Origin: Eledone cirrhosa
Lineage: Eukaryota
Reading direction: 5' to 3'
Assembly (NCBI GenBank): GCA_964016885.1
Contig: OZ024757.1
Coordinates: forward strand, 24,986,001 to 25,050,000
DNA: 64,000 nucleotides
Shown: positions 20,853 through 33,654 of the stretch, one piece after another
Layout of the letters: the number at the start of each line of letters is the position of its first letter
Position numbering within the stretch: position 1 is the stretch's first letter
Program-made: the position numbers and the translations under genes
Notes under the pieces: model-generated
Database searches by the model: none
Seen by the model: only the letters and a program-made list of their open reading frames with translations
Told to the model about the DNA's origin: nothing

Positions 20853-23210
20853 CATGCAAATAGACTTAGAATAGAAAACATTCAGACAGAGAAGAATGGA
20901 TAATGAGCGTCATAAGAGAAATTGGCCTAACAATTAATATTAATGGAAATGTAGAAGAATTTCATATTAGTGATATGAATGTTTTGTGTGATCACTGTGG
21001 AGCTTTGAAATTTAGAAATGAAAATTGTAACTGTTGTAATAAAGGAAAGGTTGTGTTGCCTCCATTGCAAATATACCCTGAGAGACTGAGAAATCTCTTT
21101 GAAAGAGGCCAGGAAGCAGTTGATTTCACAGAAACATCTGCAATTAAAACTACATTTATTTCACTTCATTTGGTGTTACCACCCGGCAGAGGCCCGTATA
21201 GCTTTCATATTCAGGGTCAAACATATCACTACACCCCCATCTCTGTAACCTGCAGAAAATACACCACAATATGGCCAGTTATATATTATTGATGGGAATG
21301 AAGGTGTGTAGCACAGATTGGAAGTACGACCAAATAATTGTTTCTGGCACAAGGCCAGCAATTACTGGTACTTTATTCTATCGACCTTATAAGGATGAAA
21401 ACAAAGTCAACCTTGGAGGGACTTGAACCCAGAACGTAAAGGGCCATAACCCTATGCTGCAAAGCATGGTGTCTGACGCTCTACCGATACTGCCAATCCA
21501 CCGCCCTAGTACCAACAAATAATGACTGCTCACCACAAAAAATGGCTATGATAAGAGAGGTGTTGCATGAATGTAATCCATATGTCGAAGTGTACAATAC
21601 AATGCATGGCATCAAACAGCAAAGTTCTAGAAGAGAAAATTGTCGTCTACAGAACTGTGAATTAAGATTTAGAAGAGGATCAGATATGAGCTGCTATAAT
21701 TTACCAACTAGTAATGATAGCTGTTGTTTTGTGGGGGATTGAGGCCACACCACCTGTACAAAGAGATATTATCATCTTTCCTAAAGACCATCCTCCTCAG
21801 AAAATACCACATAATTCATGCCACTTGAACCTCATGACCGACCGATAATGGTGAATTTTGGTGGCATAGTGACATGGAGAGGAATGCAGGACCTGTGTTT
21901 GCAATAGACCGACAATGCAGGAGTATTACATAGACTGTATAGCATATAGAGGAGGATTTAGTGCGATATATAGGGCAGGTAAATTATTTTAGCAGTATTT
22001 AGTGGAAGCCTATATGAAAGTAGAGGGATGCAGGCTTCAATATTTGAGGAACAATCAAGCCCAATTGTGAGTGGATGAGTATAATGGTTTAATGAATTAT
22101 CTAAACAGATGATAACACTGAGCCTTAAAAAATGAAGACAAGATAAGAAACAGAGAAGACATTGACAGAATCGTGTCAGCAGAAATACCTGCATTGGAAG
22201 ATGATCCAGTACTACATGAGCAGGTTTAAAAGTTTATTATCCACAGGCCATGTGGTTCTGGAAACCCTTTTCCCCCATTTATACAAAATGGATTTTTCCA
22301 AAAGAACTATCCAAAAACCTACAGAAGGGAAACATTATTGAACCTAAATGGATACCCAGAGTACAGGAGGGGCAAGACAGGAACTGCAGTGTAAATTGGA
22401 TGACATTCAGTAGATAACAGGAATGTTGTGCCATTTAATGCCTTTTTGCTTAAGAAATATTGTGCACATATTAATATTGAAGTTTGCGCTTCTGTAAAAA
22501 GTGTCAAGTACCTCTTTAAATATGTTACATGGGGCATGATTGTACATCTATAGAAGTAACGAATAATGCATTACCTAATGAGGCTCAGAACCAACACAAC
22601 CATGATGAAATAAGAACCTATCTTTGTTGCAGGTATGTGTCTCAGCCAGAAGCAGTGTCGTGTCTCTCGGAATTTAAGCTTCATGGTACATCACATACAG
22701 TATACAGCCTAGCCACACACCTGGAGAACAAACAGAGTTTACTTTCAAAGAGGCAATGCTCAGGTTGTGGTAGAAATGCAGGGACCCTTGCTGCCTGGTT
22801 CAAGCTAAATGAACTTGCTTACACCTTCTGGGATGTCGCCTCACAAACTCCAATTAAAAGCAGGATCAATAATAATGCTTCTATGGAATATTTCAATCCA
22901 GAACATATTATGTAATGGCACAAGATTAGAAGTAGTGGAACTGCATAAACATTTTATCGAAGCTTCTCATATCTATGGTCCTTTGATGGGCAGGTGTGTT
23001 TTGATCCGAAGACTGAAGTTAGCTCCCAGTGGTGCCAACATCCCTTTTACTTTGGAAAGACCCCAGTTTCCATTAAGACTGTCATATGCCATGACAATCA
23101 ACAAGAACCATGGTCAAATACATGATAAAGTGGGTCTGTTCCTCCCTGAGCAAGTATTTAACCCTGGACAATTGTATGTTGCTTTTTCAAGAGTTCACAG
23201 ACAGATGTAA
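20853..23210 (+). pseudogene. Decayed, internally deleted Helitron Rep/Helicase, copy 1, with a SINE A inserted at about 21335-21508
   Basis: Frameshifted motifs CDHCGALKF..E..CCNKGKVVLPP, GPYSFHIQGQTYH, NPYV, YNLPT, VSAEIP, NGYPEYRR, DNRNVVPFN..LLKKYCAHINIEVC, KYLFKYV, RYVSQPEA; PIF1 C-terminus LCNGTRL, QFPLRLSYAMTINK, GQLYVAFSRV. Confidence 0.92.
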
Positions 23211-24184
23211 AAATTAATCCTGCCAAACCCCCACCACTCCTACAACTGTTAGCTGTTAGACCACCCCAGCACCACCCAACCTCCGTTCTAGTCCCACCGT
23301 TAGAATCAATGCTGCTTACCCTGCCTCTTTTACTAGTTCACTCCGTCGCTCGAATTTCAAAGCTGGCCCTCTACACTTGGTCGTTGCCAGCTCACCACCT
23401 GGTTGTGCTCTCTGTGTCCGCACTAGCCGGTACCTAAACACAATAAAATGTCACCTGTGCTACCAAAACTACCACAGGAACTCTGTCGGCATCAGCAAGG
23501 CTCAAGCCGAAAGGCTTCAATACTAGACCTGTAATCAGGGCCACTTTACCTCCGACGACCAGCTTTCTACCGATTGTGTGTTGATGGAGGGGACATGAGA
23601 CCAGCAAAGTCCTAGGAGTAGAGACTAGTAAATAATAAACGGTCCTAGCTATGTTAAGAATATATATAAGAAAAATGTACTATACATTTAAGAAGACAAG
23701 AGAAATAAATATTTACCTCTTTCATGTAGGTAATATAGCGGTGTTATAAAAGTAATTATACGACCGGTGTAACAGTCGGTATAAATGAAAGATGTAGAAA
23801 TAAAAGTTGCAACAATGACATGAATAAAGATACATTAATCTAATATGAGCAAGAATAAATATTTAATGGAATTAATTAAGTGTAATTTAATAAGAAATAA
23901 GAAATAAGTAAAACAGTAAAAGAAACAATAACAAACAAAATGGAGTCACATAAAATTTGGTTTGTGTTTATAAAGCTTATTTTAAACGCGATTTTCCTTT
24001 TAAATCCGTAGCTAAGTTAGTAGCAGCTCCACTTACTAACCTTAGGGCTATAACGTTACATGGTTCGAATCTTACACTCTTCTCATTGCTTACTCGAAAG
24101 ATGGTGCGGGGATCATCTTGCAAACAGGGAAAAGCAGACGTAAAATGAAAATGATGATATATATATAGATAGATAGATAGATAG

Positions 24185-24223
<39 letters not shown>

Positions 24224-24569
24224 CTTATACGTCATGGTGGCTACAGGTGCCAAGAGGAAGAAGCCGAACAATCCTCTGATATTTGTTTATCTTCCTTTCC
24301 TTCGTGGGCCGCGGTACCCAGGTTTGTGGCCGACGCAACCAAGTTGAAATCGGCCACCGGTGGTTGATATCACCAGGTTAGGAAACCCTGGTTTAGTCGC
24401 TCCAGTTATTACTTCGTTAGACATAGTCAGTAATTGAAATTAAAGCCTAAAGGTGTACTAAAGCCACAAACGTTTTTCTATCTATGAATTATTAGTGGTG
24501 TAAACAGATGAATTAAAGTCAAAGCTAACAAATATATCACCAAGAAGAATATCTAAGGATTTCCAAAGT

Positions 24570-24790
24570 GTAAAGTCAGCTCAAGCCTGGAGACTTATCA
24601 AGCAGGTGCCTGTCCCAGTCCCTCTAGCGTAAAGGGACTGAGAGTACATGACTTCCCCCTGGACATGATGTCAGTCCATCGCAGGGTTAACCCCCCACCT
24701 ATGTGAAATTAAGTTTTTGCTCAAGTAAAACAACTAACAACAGTCCAGGAATCGAATACACATATGATCGTAAGACCACGGGCCTCCACT
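24570..24790 (-). mobile_element. Decayed SINE of a third family; copy at about 52838-53060
   Basis: CCCCTGGAC...AGTCCATCGCAGGGTT and GTGAAATTAAGTTTTTGCTCAAG segments, with a B-box-like TATTCGATTCC on the minus strand. Confidence 0.55.
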
Positions 24791-25337
24791 ATCGAAGGAT
24801 CTACCCTTCATTAAAGAATAAATTAGACTTATGCTTACGTCGCCGACATAATTATAGTCGGAAAGGACATTACTGAAAATAAGGAATAAACAACTAAAGG
24901 AAGACAGAAACGGAAGGAATCTACACAGGAGGGCCCATCTTCCTACCAAAAGAATTATTTTAACAAGCCTACATCCTACTGAGCCAAAGAAAGGGGCCTC
25001 ATAACTAGAACAGGCCTCATTTGTCCTAAATACGGAGCTGTCTTTACATATAATTATATATATGTATATATATATATAGTATGTGTGTATGTATGACCCC
25101 TAGCAAGCCAAACTACAGTTACTCCCCAACATGGAGAGCAAATTAAAACATTACCTGTTAGAGACGAACGTGAAATGATTTGTTAGTGAACTACCGGTGT
25201 AACAGTAATTATGTTACCGGTGTAACTATTTCTGTTTACCTTATTTTTAAATCACACTCCTATATTAGTTTAGTGACCTTTCAATTAAAAATAAATTCTT
25301 GATGATGAGTGAACTCGCATCGGAGTAGCCCAACGCC

Positions 25338-25712
25338 TTGGCTTCCGCGTGTGTGAGCCACATAAATGCTCTCAACGACATAGTGAGAAGAAGCCTGGAC
25401 GCAGCTGAATTTCCATCTCAACTGGAGCCAGCAGGCCTAGGCCGCGGAGATGGCAAGCACCCCGAGGGAATCACCCTCTTCCCATTCCAAGGAGGTAGAT
25501 CCACAAACCCCGGCATCGCTGCCCGTCTCGCAGATAAACATATTCCGGTGTTTGTCCTGGCGCTTCATCTACGCACCAGCCGCCGTCGAGACCCCAGGCC
25601 TACTTGGACCCATTACAGCTGAGCTCCTCCGCAAGATCGGAGTGTTTGTGGCCCGTCTGAGGATGGAGTCCCACGAGGTTTGATGGCTGTTGCAGCAGGT
25701 GTCACTGCCCTT
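25338..25712 (+). mobile_element. CRE-like non-LTR retrotransposon C-terminal (restriction-like endonuclease) fragment; copies at 35662-36047, 60973-61358 and truncated at 53556-53675
   Basis: ALNDIVRRSLDAA..PSQLEPAGLGRGDGKHPEGITLFPF, then AVETPGLLGP..ELLRKIG, matching the RPDG..WD..K..KY..ETxG pattern of RLE domains. Confidence 0.78.
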
Positions 25713-25927
25713 ACATATATATACGTACATGTTCCCTTGACTGCTATTTCTAGCATATATTAATAGACACTTTAGAAACAGCAGCTAAAAATCAGGAAAC
25801 AACAGTGTGTGTCTGTATATATATACACAGAGAGAAAGAGAGAGAGAGAGAGAGCAGCCAAAGACACACACACACATACACACAGGTGTATGTCTGCGTG
25901 TATGTATATATATGTATGTGTCTTTGC

Positions 25928-26042
<115 letters not shown>

Positions 26043-26167
26043 CAGTGATCCCCCTCCCAACCTTTAATCAAACAAACCTGCGATGTGGGCGATGATCAAA
26101 ATAAACACCAAAATGTGAACAAACAGCCCAAAGGTGCTGCCGGATACACGATAACATGTGTAGACGA

Positions 26168-26704
26168 AGTAAAACTTTTATTACTGTAATATAAAGTAGA
26201 AAACCTTTATTTAAACAAAGCTGCGATGCAGCGATGATCAAAACAAACTTCAAAATGTAAATAAACTTTTCGTAGGTGCTGTCAGATACACGATAACATG
26301 TGTATCTGGAAGTTTGGTCGTATTATATCACTTTCAAATTGACCCCTATTATATTCAAATTATCCCCTGTGGGGGGTGCGCCCACGTTGAGAATCGCTCA
26401 TAAATAAATATATGTGAGTGTGTTGCTATGACTGCTATTTCTAGCAGGTTTACTGCCGTCCTGTAGACGCACACCAAAAACCGGAAGTGGCAGCCATTAA
26501 AAAACTTTGGCTTAAAATCAGGCAAAAGTTTTTAAACAATTTGCCAAGAAAGATAACTCTTGTCTTACTTAATCGCAATAATCGAGTCAAAAATTTTGCG
26601 GGTGTGCAGATTGTTTGGTCGCATTTGCTGCTATTTCTAGCATGTATGGACATTTTAGAAATAGCAGCGAAAAACGGAAAACAGCAGAAAGAAGGACACA
26701 CACC

Positions 26705-26755
<51 letters not shown>

Positions 26756-26784
26756 ATATATATGTATATATATATATATATGTA

Positions 26785-26856
<72 letters not shown>

Positions 26857-27518
26857 TGTGTGTCCTTCTTTCTGATGTTTTCCGTGTTTCGCTGCTATTT
26901 CTAAAGTGTTCATACATGCTAGAAATAGCAGTCAAATACCAGCAAACAAGACCAAATCAACTGCACAGCCGCAATATATATATGATATATAAATATATGT
27001 GAGTTGCAATGACTGCTATTTCTAGCAGGTTATTCCTAGCGTGTAAACTGCACACCCGCAAAATTTTTATCTCGATTTTTGCGATTAAGTAAGGCAAGAG
27101 TTATCTTTCTTGGCAAAAACACCCTGGTTTGTTTACATTAAATTTTCTATTGTTTAAAAACTTTTCACTGATTTTAAGCCAAAGTTTTTTAATGGCTGCC
27201 ACTTCCGGTTTTTGGTGTGCGTCTACAGGACTGCAGTAAACCTGCGAGAAATAGCAGTCATAACAACACACTCACATATATTTATTTATGAGGGATTCTC
27301 AACGTGGGGTGCACGCCCCACAGGGGATAATTTGCATATAATAGGGGTCAATTTGAAAAATACGACCCAGTTACACTTCGTCTACACATGTTATCGTGTA
27401 TCTGGCAGCACCTACGAGAAGTTTGTTTTCATTTTGGAGTTTGTTTTTATCATCGCTGCATCGTAGCTTTGTTTAATTAAAGGATTTCTACTTTATATTA
27501 CAGTAATAACACTTTTAC
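26168..27518. repeat. About 1.35-kb imperfect palindrome centred on (TA)n, copy 1
   Basis: Arms of about 540 and 670 bp are reverse complements, e.g. CCGGAAGTGGCAGCCATTAAAAAACTTTGGC vs GCCAAAGTTTTTTAATGGCTGCCACTTCCGG. Confidence 0.93.
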
Positions 27519-28179
27519 AAGACTCTGTTTGTTTTTATATTAAAGGGGGACATAAACATATTTTAAATGTTTAAATATATTTATTTATTTATGTCCTTCT
27601 CTCTGTTGTTTACTAAACTCTGAATTCAGCATTTTTCTGTTCTTCTCTAGGGTTCGAGCATGTATATATATATGGCAGTCAACCTCACTTGGCACAGACT
27701 CGAAAAAGCCGCCGCTAATCGTGATCGTTGAGGTTATAATTAAACTAAAATGCTTCCACTGGGCACGATAAGCTGATCATGATCGTTGGAGAGTGTTTTC
27801 TGCGCTGAACCTAAGATTAAAAGATATATATATATATAGCTGTTTAAACGGCCGGAGCTCAGCCGTCGGGGTGCTGAATATTTTCATATATATGTATGTG
27901 TATGTATATGTATGTGTGTGTGTTTTGCGAATTAATAATTATATAAACAAGTTTGTAATGAACAATTTATTTATTATCAAAACTGTATAAACATGATATT
28001 ATTTACAGTAACAATAACAATAATAATGATGATTTCTAGTAAAGGTGGAAGGACAGTAATTTGGGGGAGGGTAAAGTAGATTAAATCGAAGAGAGAAACA
28101 AAGAAGAAACAACGAATAGGAGAGGGGATGGCAAGAACTCCGGTGTCGCAGAAAATAGGGGAGGGTGTTTGAGCTTTGG

Positions 28180-28603
28180 GCCTAGGGCAGAAATGCTGCG
28201 CCCCACAGACAAGATGGCAAAAGTATTCTCACGGACGATGCCAGTACATTACCCAAGTACATTACCCAATGTAACAACCACCCAACCTGGCGGGATTCCT
28301 TCCTCAGACGGGCCGCCGACGCTTTGATCCTGCGGAGGAGCTCGGCAGTACGGGGTCCAAATACCTCTGAGGTCTCGACATTGACTGGTGCAGAGAGGAA
28401 GCGGCCGGACAATCCTCGGTATTTGTTTATTTTACGTTCTTCTGAGAAGCGGGCGGCGATGCTGGGGTTTGTGGCCGAAACGACTTGGAAACGAAGTTGG
28501 AGGCGGAGATTGTGTCGTTGCTGGTGGTGTCCCACATGAGGGACCTACCTCCTTCGAATGGGAAGAGAGTGATTCCGTCGGGGCGCTTGCCATCTCCGGG
28601 ACC
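28180..28603 (-). mobile_element. CRE-like RLE fragment; copy at 38644-39052
   Basis: GDGKRPDGITLFPFEGGRSLMWDTT..DT / AARFSEERKINKYRGL...VETSEVFGPRTAELLRRI, with frameshifts. Confidence 0.8.
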
Positions 28604-29404
28604 TGTTGAGAACAGCGAGTATCTATTCAATAATTATTTGAATATTGAAATTTTAGGTTTAACTACCTTTTAAACCAAATACATTAAGAAAGGCATAAAC
28701 AACACCACATCATTTTTATTTCGATTTTGAAAGTAGATTTATAAGTATTAAATTTCAGTAGATTCTTATAGCCTTCATGGTGGTCTGGTGGGAGATACCA
28801 GAGCAAGTGGAGCTTCTAGTCTGGGGTTCAATCCTAGTCAGGAGATACTCGAAAGAGTTCATATTAAACTTATTCAGTTTTTTTTCTTATCTCTAGAGAT
28901 AAATACATATACATAAGGTAATTTGTTAGAACATCAGATAGAATACTTTGTAGTATTTTTTCCAGTTCTTTATTCTCAGTTCAACTTTACTTTTCTTACA
29001 TTCGGGGTTGATAATAAAGTACCAGTCAAATACTAGGGGTTCTCTCTTACTCTATATCTCTTTCTCACTCTCTCTTTTATTCAGACCTGGAGAGGAGATG
29101 TACTCTGCCAGGTTTTATAATGAGTTATGGGCTCATACCTGCCTTCAACATCACTGTGTACTGAGTGTAGCATTTTATATCCTTGTTCTGGGCCTTCCTA
29201 ACACCCCTGTGTATTAAGTGTAGCTTTTAATATCCTTGTTCAGGGCCTTCATAATACCAGACTAGCTAATGTGTATATTATATTGTTATAGAGGAACTAA
29301 GTATGTCCTTTAGGTTCTGTAATGTACCCTAGTTGGCCCTAATGGTAGCACCAGCCCTGTATAAAACTGTGATACTTTAAGGTTCAGTAATGTACCTATC
29401 TGAT

Positions 29405-29790
29405 GTCTGTACCCTAGCTGGTTGTCTGTCTCTATCTACCCTAGGTGTCTCTGTGTCTCACTGAGGTCTGTACCCTAGGTGGCTCTGTGTCCCTCTAAGG
29501 TCTGTACCCTAGGTGGATCTGTCTCTCTCTAAGATCTGTACCCTCGGTGGCTCTGTGTCTCTCTAAGGTCTGTACCCTCGGTGGCTCTGTGTCTCTCTAA
29601 GGTCTGTACCCTAGGTGGCTCTGTGTCTCTCTAAGGTCTGTACCCTAGGTGGCTCTGTGTCTCTCTAAGGTCTGTACCCTAGGTGGCTCTGTGTCTCTCT
29701 AATGTCTGTACCCTAGGTGGCTCTGTGTCTCTCTAAGGTCTGTACCCTAGGTGGTTCTGTGTCTTATTAAGGCCTGTGTCCTATGTGGCT
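29405..29790. repeat. 34-bp minisatellite; other arrays at 30395-30625, 39855-40125, 55393-55740 and 56363-56595
   Basis: Unit CTGTACCCTAGGTGGCTCTGTGTCTCTCTAAGGT. Confidence 0.95.
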
Positions 29791-29969
29791 GTCATCATCA
29801 TTATCATCGCTGTCATTGCCACTGTCATCATCATTATCATCGCTGTCATCGCCACAGTCGTCGTCAGGGCTGGATTACCTCACAACGGTAGCGAACATAT
29901 TTGGATGTGATCATACGAAAGGAATTGTTGAAACATATCAGATCTGAAATAGAGAGAGTTAGATGATGT

Positions 29970-30002
<33 letters not shown>

Positions 30003-30164
30003 CTCGCAGACAGTGAGAGAGAGAGAGAGGAAAACATTGATTGTGTTCACCACATTAAGTTACTATCTTACTAATGAAACAATTAATAATTTTAGTAAAT
30101 TCTTCAATATTCTTCATTAATTAATTGAAAGAGAGTGTATTTCATTAGAAATGTGGTCATAAAA

Positions 30165-31225
30165 AAATAATAATAATGAATTATTGTGTACAGTGCTAAG
30201 GTGCACTACAACTCATCAAAGGTGCATGTATGGTATATAGAATAATGTACACATGTCAGGAAAGTGAACAGTGTATGAGTCATGATATACCTGTGTGTGT
30301 GTGTGTAAGGAGGGGGGATATTACCTAACAACTGATGCGGGTAGTTTGTTCCATGGAGGTTTTAAAGGATGCAGTGTCTCCACAGCTAACAACTGTGTCT
30401 CTCTAAGGTCTGTACCCTAGGTGGCTCTGTGTCTCTCTGAGATCTGTACCCTAGGTGGCTCTGTGTCTCTCTAAGGTCTGTAGCCTAGGTGGCTCTGTGT
30501 CTCTCTGAGATCTGTACCCTAGGTGGCTCTGTGTCTCTCTAAGGTCTCTACCCTTGGTAGCCGAGTATCTCACTGAGATCTGTACCCTAGGTGGCTCTGT
30601 GTCTTATTAAGGCCTGTGTCCTATGTGGCTGTCATCATCATTATCATCGCCACACTCGTCGTTTGTTCCATGGAGGTTTTAAATGATGCAGTGTCTCCAC
30701 AGCTAACAACTGATGCAGGTAGTTTGTTCCATGGAGGTTTTAAAGGATACAGCGTCTCGACATCTAACAACTGAAGCAGGTAGTTTGTTCCATGGAGGTT
30801 TTAAAGGATGCAGTGTATCGACAGCTAACAACTGATGCAGGTAGTTTGTTCCATGGAGATTTTAAAGGATGCAGTGTCTCGACATCTAACAACTGAAGCA
30901 GGGAGTTTGTTCCATGGTGGTTTTAAAGGATGCAGTGTCTCGACAGCTAACAACTGATGCAGGGAGTTTGTTCCATGGAGGTTTTAAAGGATGTGGTGTC
31001 TCGGCAACTAACAATTGATGTAGGTAGTTTGTTCCATGGAGGTTTTAAAGGATACAGTGTCTCAAAAGCTAACAACTGATGCAGGTAGTTTGTTTCATGC
31101 TTCAGCAACTCTGAACGTGAAACAATGTTTCCAAAAGTCATGGGAGCTGTGCTGCTTTCTGATTTTGTAGGCCTGTCCACGGGTGTTAGACACATTGAAT
31201 TCAAAAAGGTGCTCAGTTTTAATGA
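30165..31225 (-). mobile_element. CR1 LINE 3'-end relic, internally expanded and interrupted; copy at 56135-56825
   Basis: Minus strand reads FEFNVSNTRGQAYKIRKQHSSHDFWKHCFTFRVAEA-(W)NKLPASVVSCRDTASFKTSM (TRGH..K / RV..WN.LP / FK motif of CR1 ORF2), then a 3'UTR ending in (TTA)n near 30165. Confidence 0.8.
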
Positions 31226-31446
31226 TATATTCTCTTTCTGACATAAAAAAAAACTAAGAAAAATACCATGGAGGCAAGAAACAGTTTTTTTATTGTACAA
31301 GCTCAACCAACAATAAAGAAATTTAATAAAAATTTAATAAAAATTTGGAAAAAATTAATGTAAAAATGAAAAATATGTAAAAAACAATTGAAAATAACAG
31401 GCAACTGAATTTTGAAATTTTGGTGAATAGATGTGGAGTGTTGGTA

Positions 31447-33474
31447 TATAACACATATAACCCAATCAGTGAAGCCCTTTAGTATAGGTCAACTGGGAAA
31501 TTATAACACATATAACCCTATCAGTGAAGTCCTTTAGTATAGGTCAACTGGGAAACTATAACACATATAACCCTATCAGTGAAGTCCTTTAGTATAGGTC
31601 AACTGGGAAACTATAACACATATAACCCTATCAGTGAAGTCCTTTACTATAGGTCAACTGAGAAACTATAACACATATAACCCTATCAGTGAAGTCCTTT
31701 AGTATAGGTCAACTGTGAAACTATAACACATATAACCCTATCATTGAAGTCCTTTAGTATAGGTCAACTGAGAAACTATAACACATATAACCCTATCAGT
31801 GAAGTCCTTTAGTATAGGTCAACTGGGAAACTATAACACATATAACCCTATCAGTGAAGTCCTTTAGTATAGGTCAACTGGGAAACTATAACACATATAA
31901 TCCTATCAGTGAAGTCCTTTAGTATAGGTCAACTGAGAAACTATAACACATATAACCCTATCAGTGAAGTCCTTTAGTATAGGTCAACTGGGAAACTATA
32001 ACACATATAACCCTATCAGTGAAGTCCTTTAGTATAGGTCAACTGGGAAACTATAACACATATAACCCTATCAGTGAAGTCCTTTAGTATAGGTCAACTG
32101 GGAAACTATAACACATATAACCCTATCAGTGAAGTCCTTTAGTATAGGTCAACTGGGAAACTATAACACATATAACCCTATCAGTGAAGTCCTTTAGTAT
32201 AGGTCAACTGGGAAACTATAACACATATAACCCTATCAGTGAAGTCCTTTAGTATAGGTCAACTGGGAAACTATAACACATATAACCCTATCAGTGAAGT
32301 CCTTTAGTATAGGTCAACTGGGAAACTATAACACATATAACCCTATCAGTGAAGTACTTTAGTATAGGTCAACTGGGAAACTATAACACATATAACCCTA
32401 CCAGTGAAGTCCTTTAGTATAGGTCAACTTGGAAACTATAACACATATAACCCTATCAGTGAAGTCCTTTAGTATAGGTCAACTGAGAAACTATAACACA
32501 TATAACCCTATCAGTGAAGTCCTTTAGTATAGGTCAACTGGGAAACTATAACACATATAACCCTATCAGTGAAGTCCTTTAGTATAGGTCAACTGAGAAA
32601 CTATAACACATATAACCCTATCAGTGAAGTCCTTTAGTATAGGTCAACTGGCAAACTATAACACATATAACCCTATCAGTGAAGTCCTTTAGTATAGGTC
32701 AACTGGGAAACTATAAGACATATAACCCTGTAAGTGAAGTCCTTTAGTATAGGTCAACTGAGAAACTTTAACACATATAACCCTATCAGTGAAGTCCTTT
32801 AGTATAGGTCAACTGGGAAACTATAACACATATAACCCTATCAGTGAAGTCCTTTAGTATAGGTCAACTGAGAAACTATAACACATATAACCCTATCAGT
32901 GAAGTCCTTTAGTATAGGTCAACTGGGAAACTATAACACATATAACCCTATCAGTGAAGTACTTTAGTATAGGTCAACTGGGAAACTATAACACATATAA
33001 CCCTATTAGTGAAGTCCTTTAGTATAGGTCAACTGGGAAACTATAACACATATAACCCTATCAGTGAAGTCCTTTAGTATAGGTCAACTGGGAAACTATA
33101 ACACATATAACCCTATCAGTGAAGTCCTTTAGTATAGGTCAACTGAGAAACTATAACACATATAACCCTATCAGTGAAGTCCTTTAGTATAGGTCAACTG
33201 GGAAACTATAACACATATAACCCTATCAGTGAAGTCCTTTAGTAGAGGTCAACTGGGAAACTATAACACATATAACCCTATCAGTGAAGTCCTTTAGTAT
33301 AGGTCAACTGGGAAACTATAAGACATATAACCCTATCAGTGAAGTCCTTTAGTATAGGTCAACTGGGAAACTATAACACATATAACCCTATCAGTGAAGT
33401 CCTTTAGTATAGGTCAACTGAGAAACTTTAACACATATAACCCTATCAGTGAAGTCCTTTAGTATAGGTCAACT
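31447..33474. repeat. 55-bp minisatellite, about 37 copies
   Basis: Unit TATAACACATATAACCCTATCAGTGAAGTCCTTTAGTATAGGTCAACTG(G/A)GAAAC. Confidence 0.99.
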
Positions 33475-33526
33475 AACAGAAGTATTAAGGGTATAGAAAA
33501 AAATCTAAATAAGCCTACAACAGTTA

Positions 33527-33597
33527 TTGCGGGCCACTCTGACTGGTCAGGTGGGCTCGATTGTGGCCTGTGGGCCGCCTGTTGCACGCCCCTCCTT
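33527..33597. mobile_element. hAT/Charlie-like DNA transposon terminus; copy at about 58855-58925
   Basis: GCGGGCCAC...TGGCCCGCGGGCCGCCTGTTGCACGCCCCT subterminal pattern (exact in the 58.9 kb copy). Confidence 0.55.
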
Positions 33598-33654
33598 TAG
33601 ACAGAATATCTATCACTGTTAAGTAATACTGATCTGTCGGCCAACTACATTTTC

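Noticed and set aside
22809-23210. Host PIF1 helicase gene
   Set aside because: Intronless C-terminal fragment contiguous with frameshifted Helitron Rep motifs, with degenerate motifs (KNHGQ instead of KSQGQ).
31447-33474. Tandem snRNA/5S/tRNA genes or a retrozyme array
   Set aside because: The 55-bp unit has no Pol III boxes, Sm site or hammerhead core on either strand.
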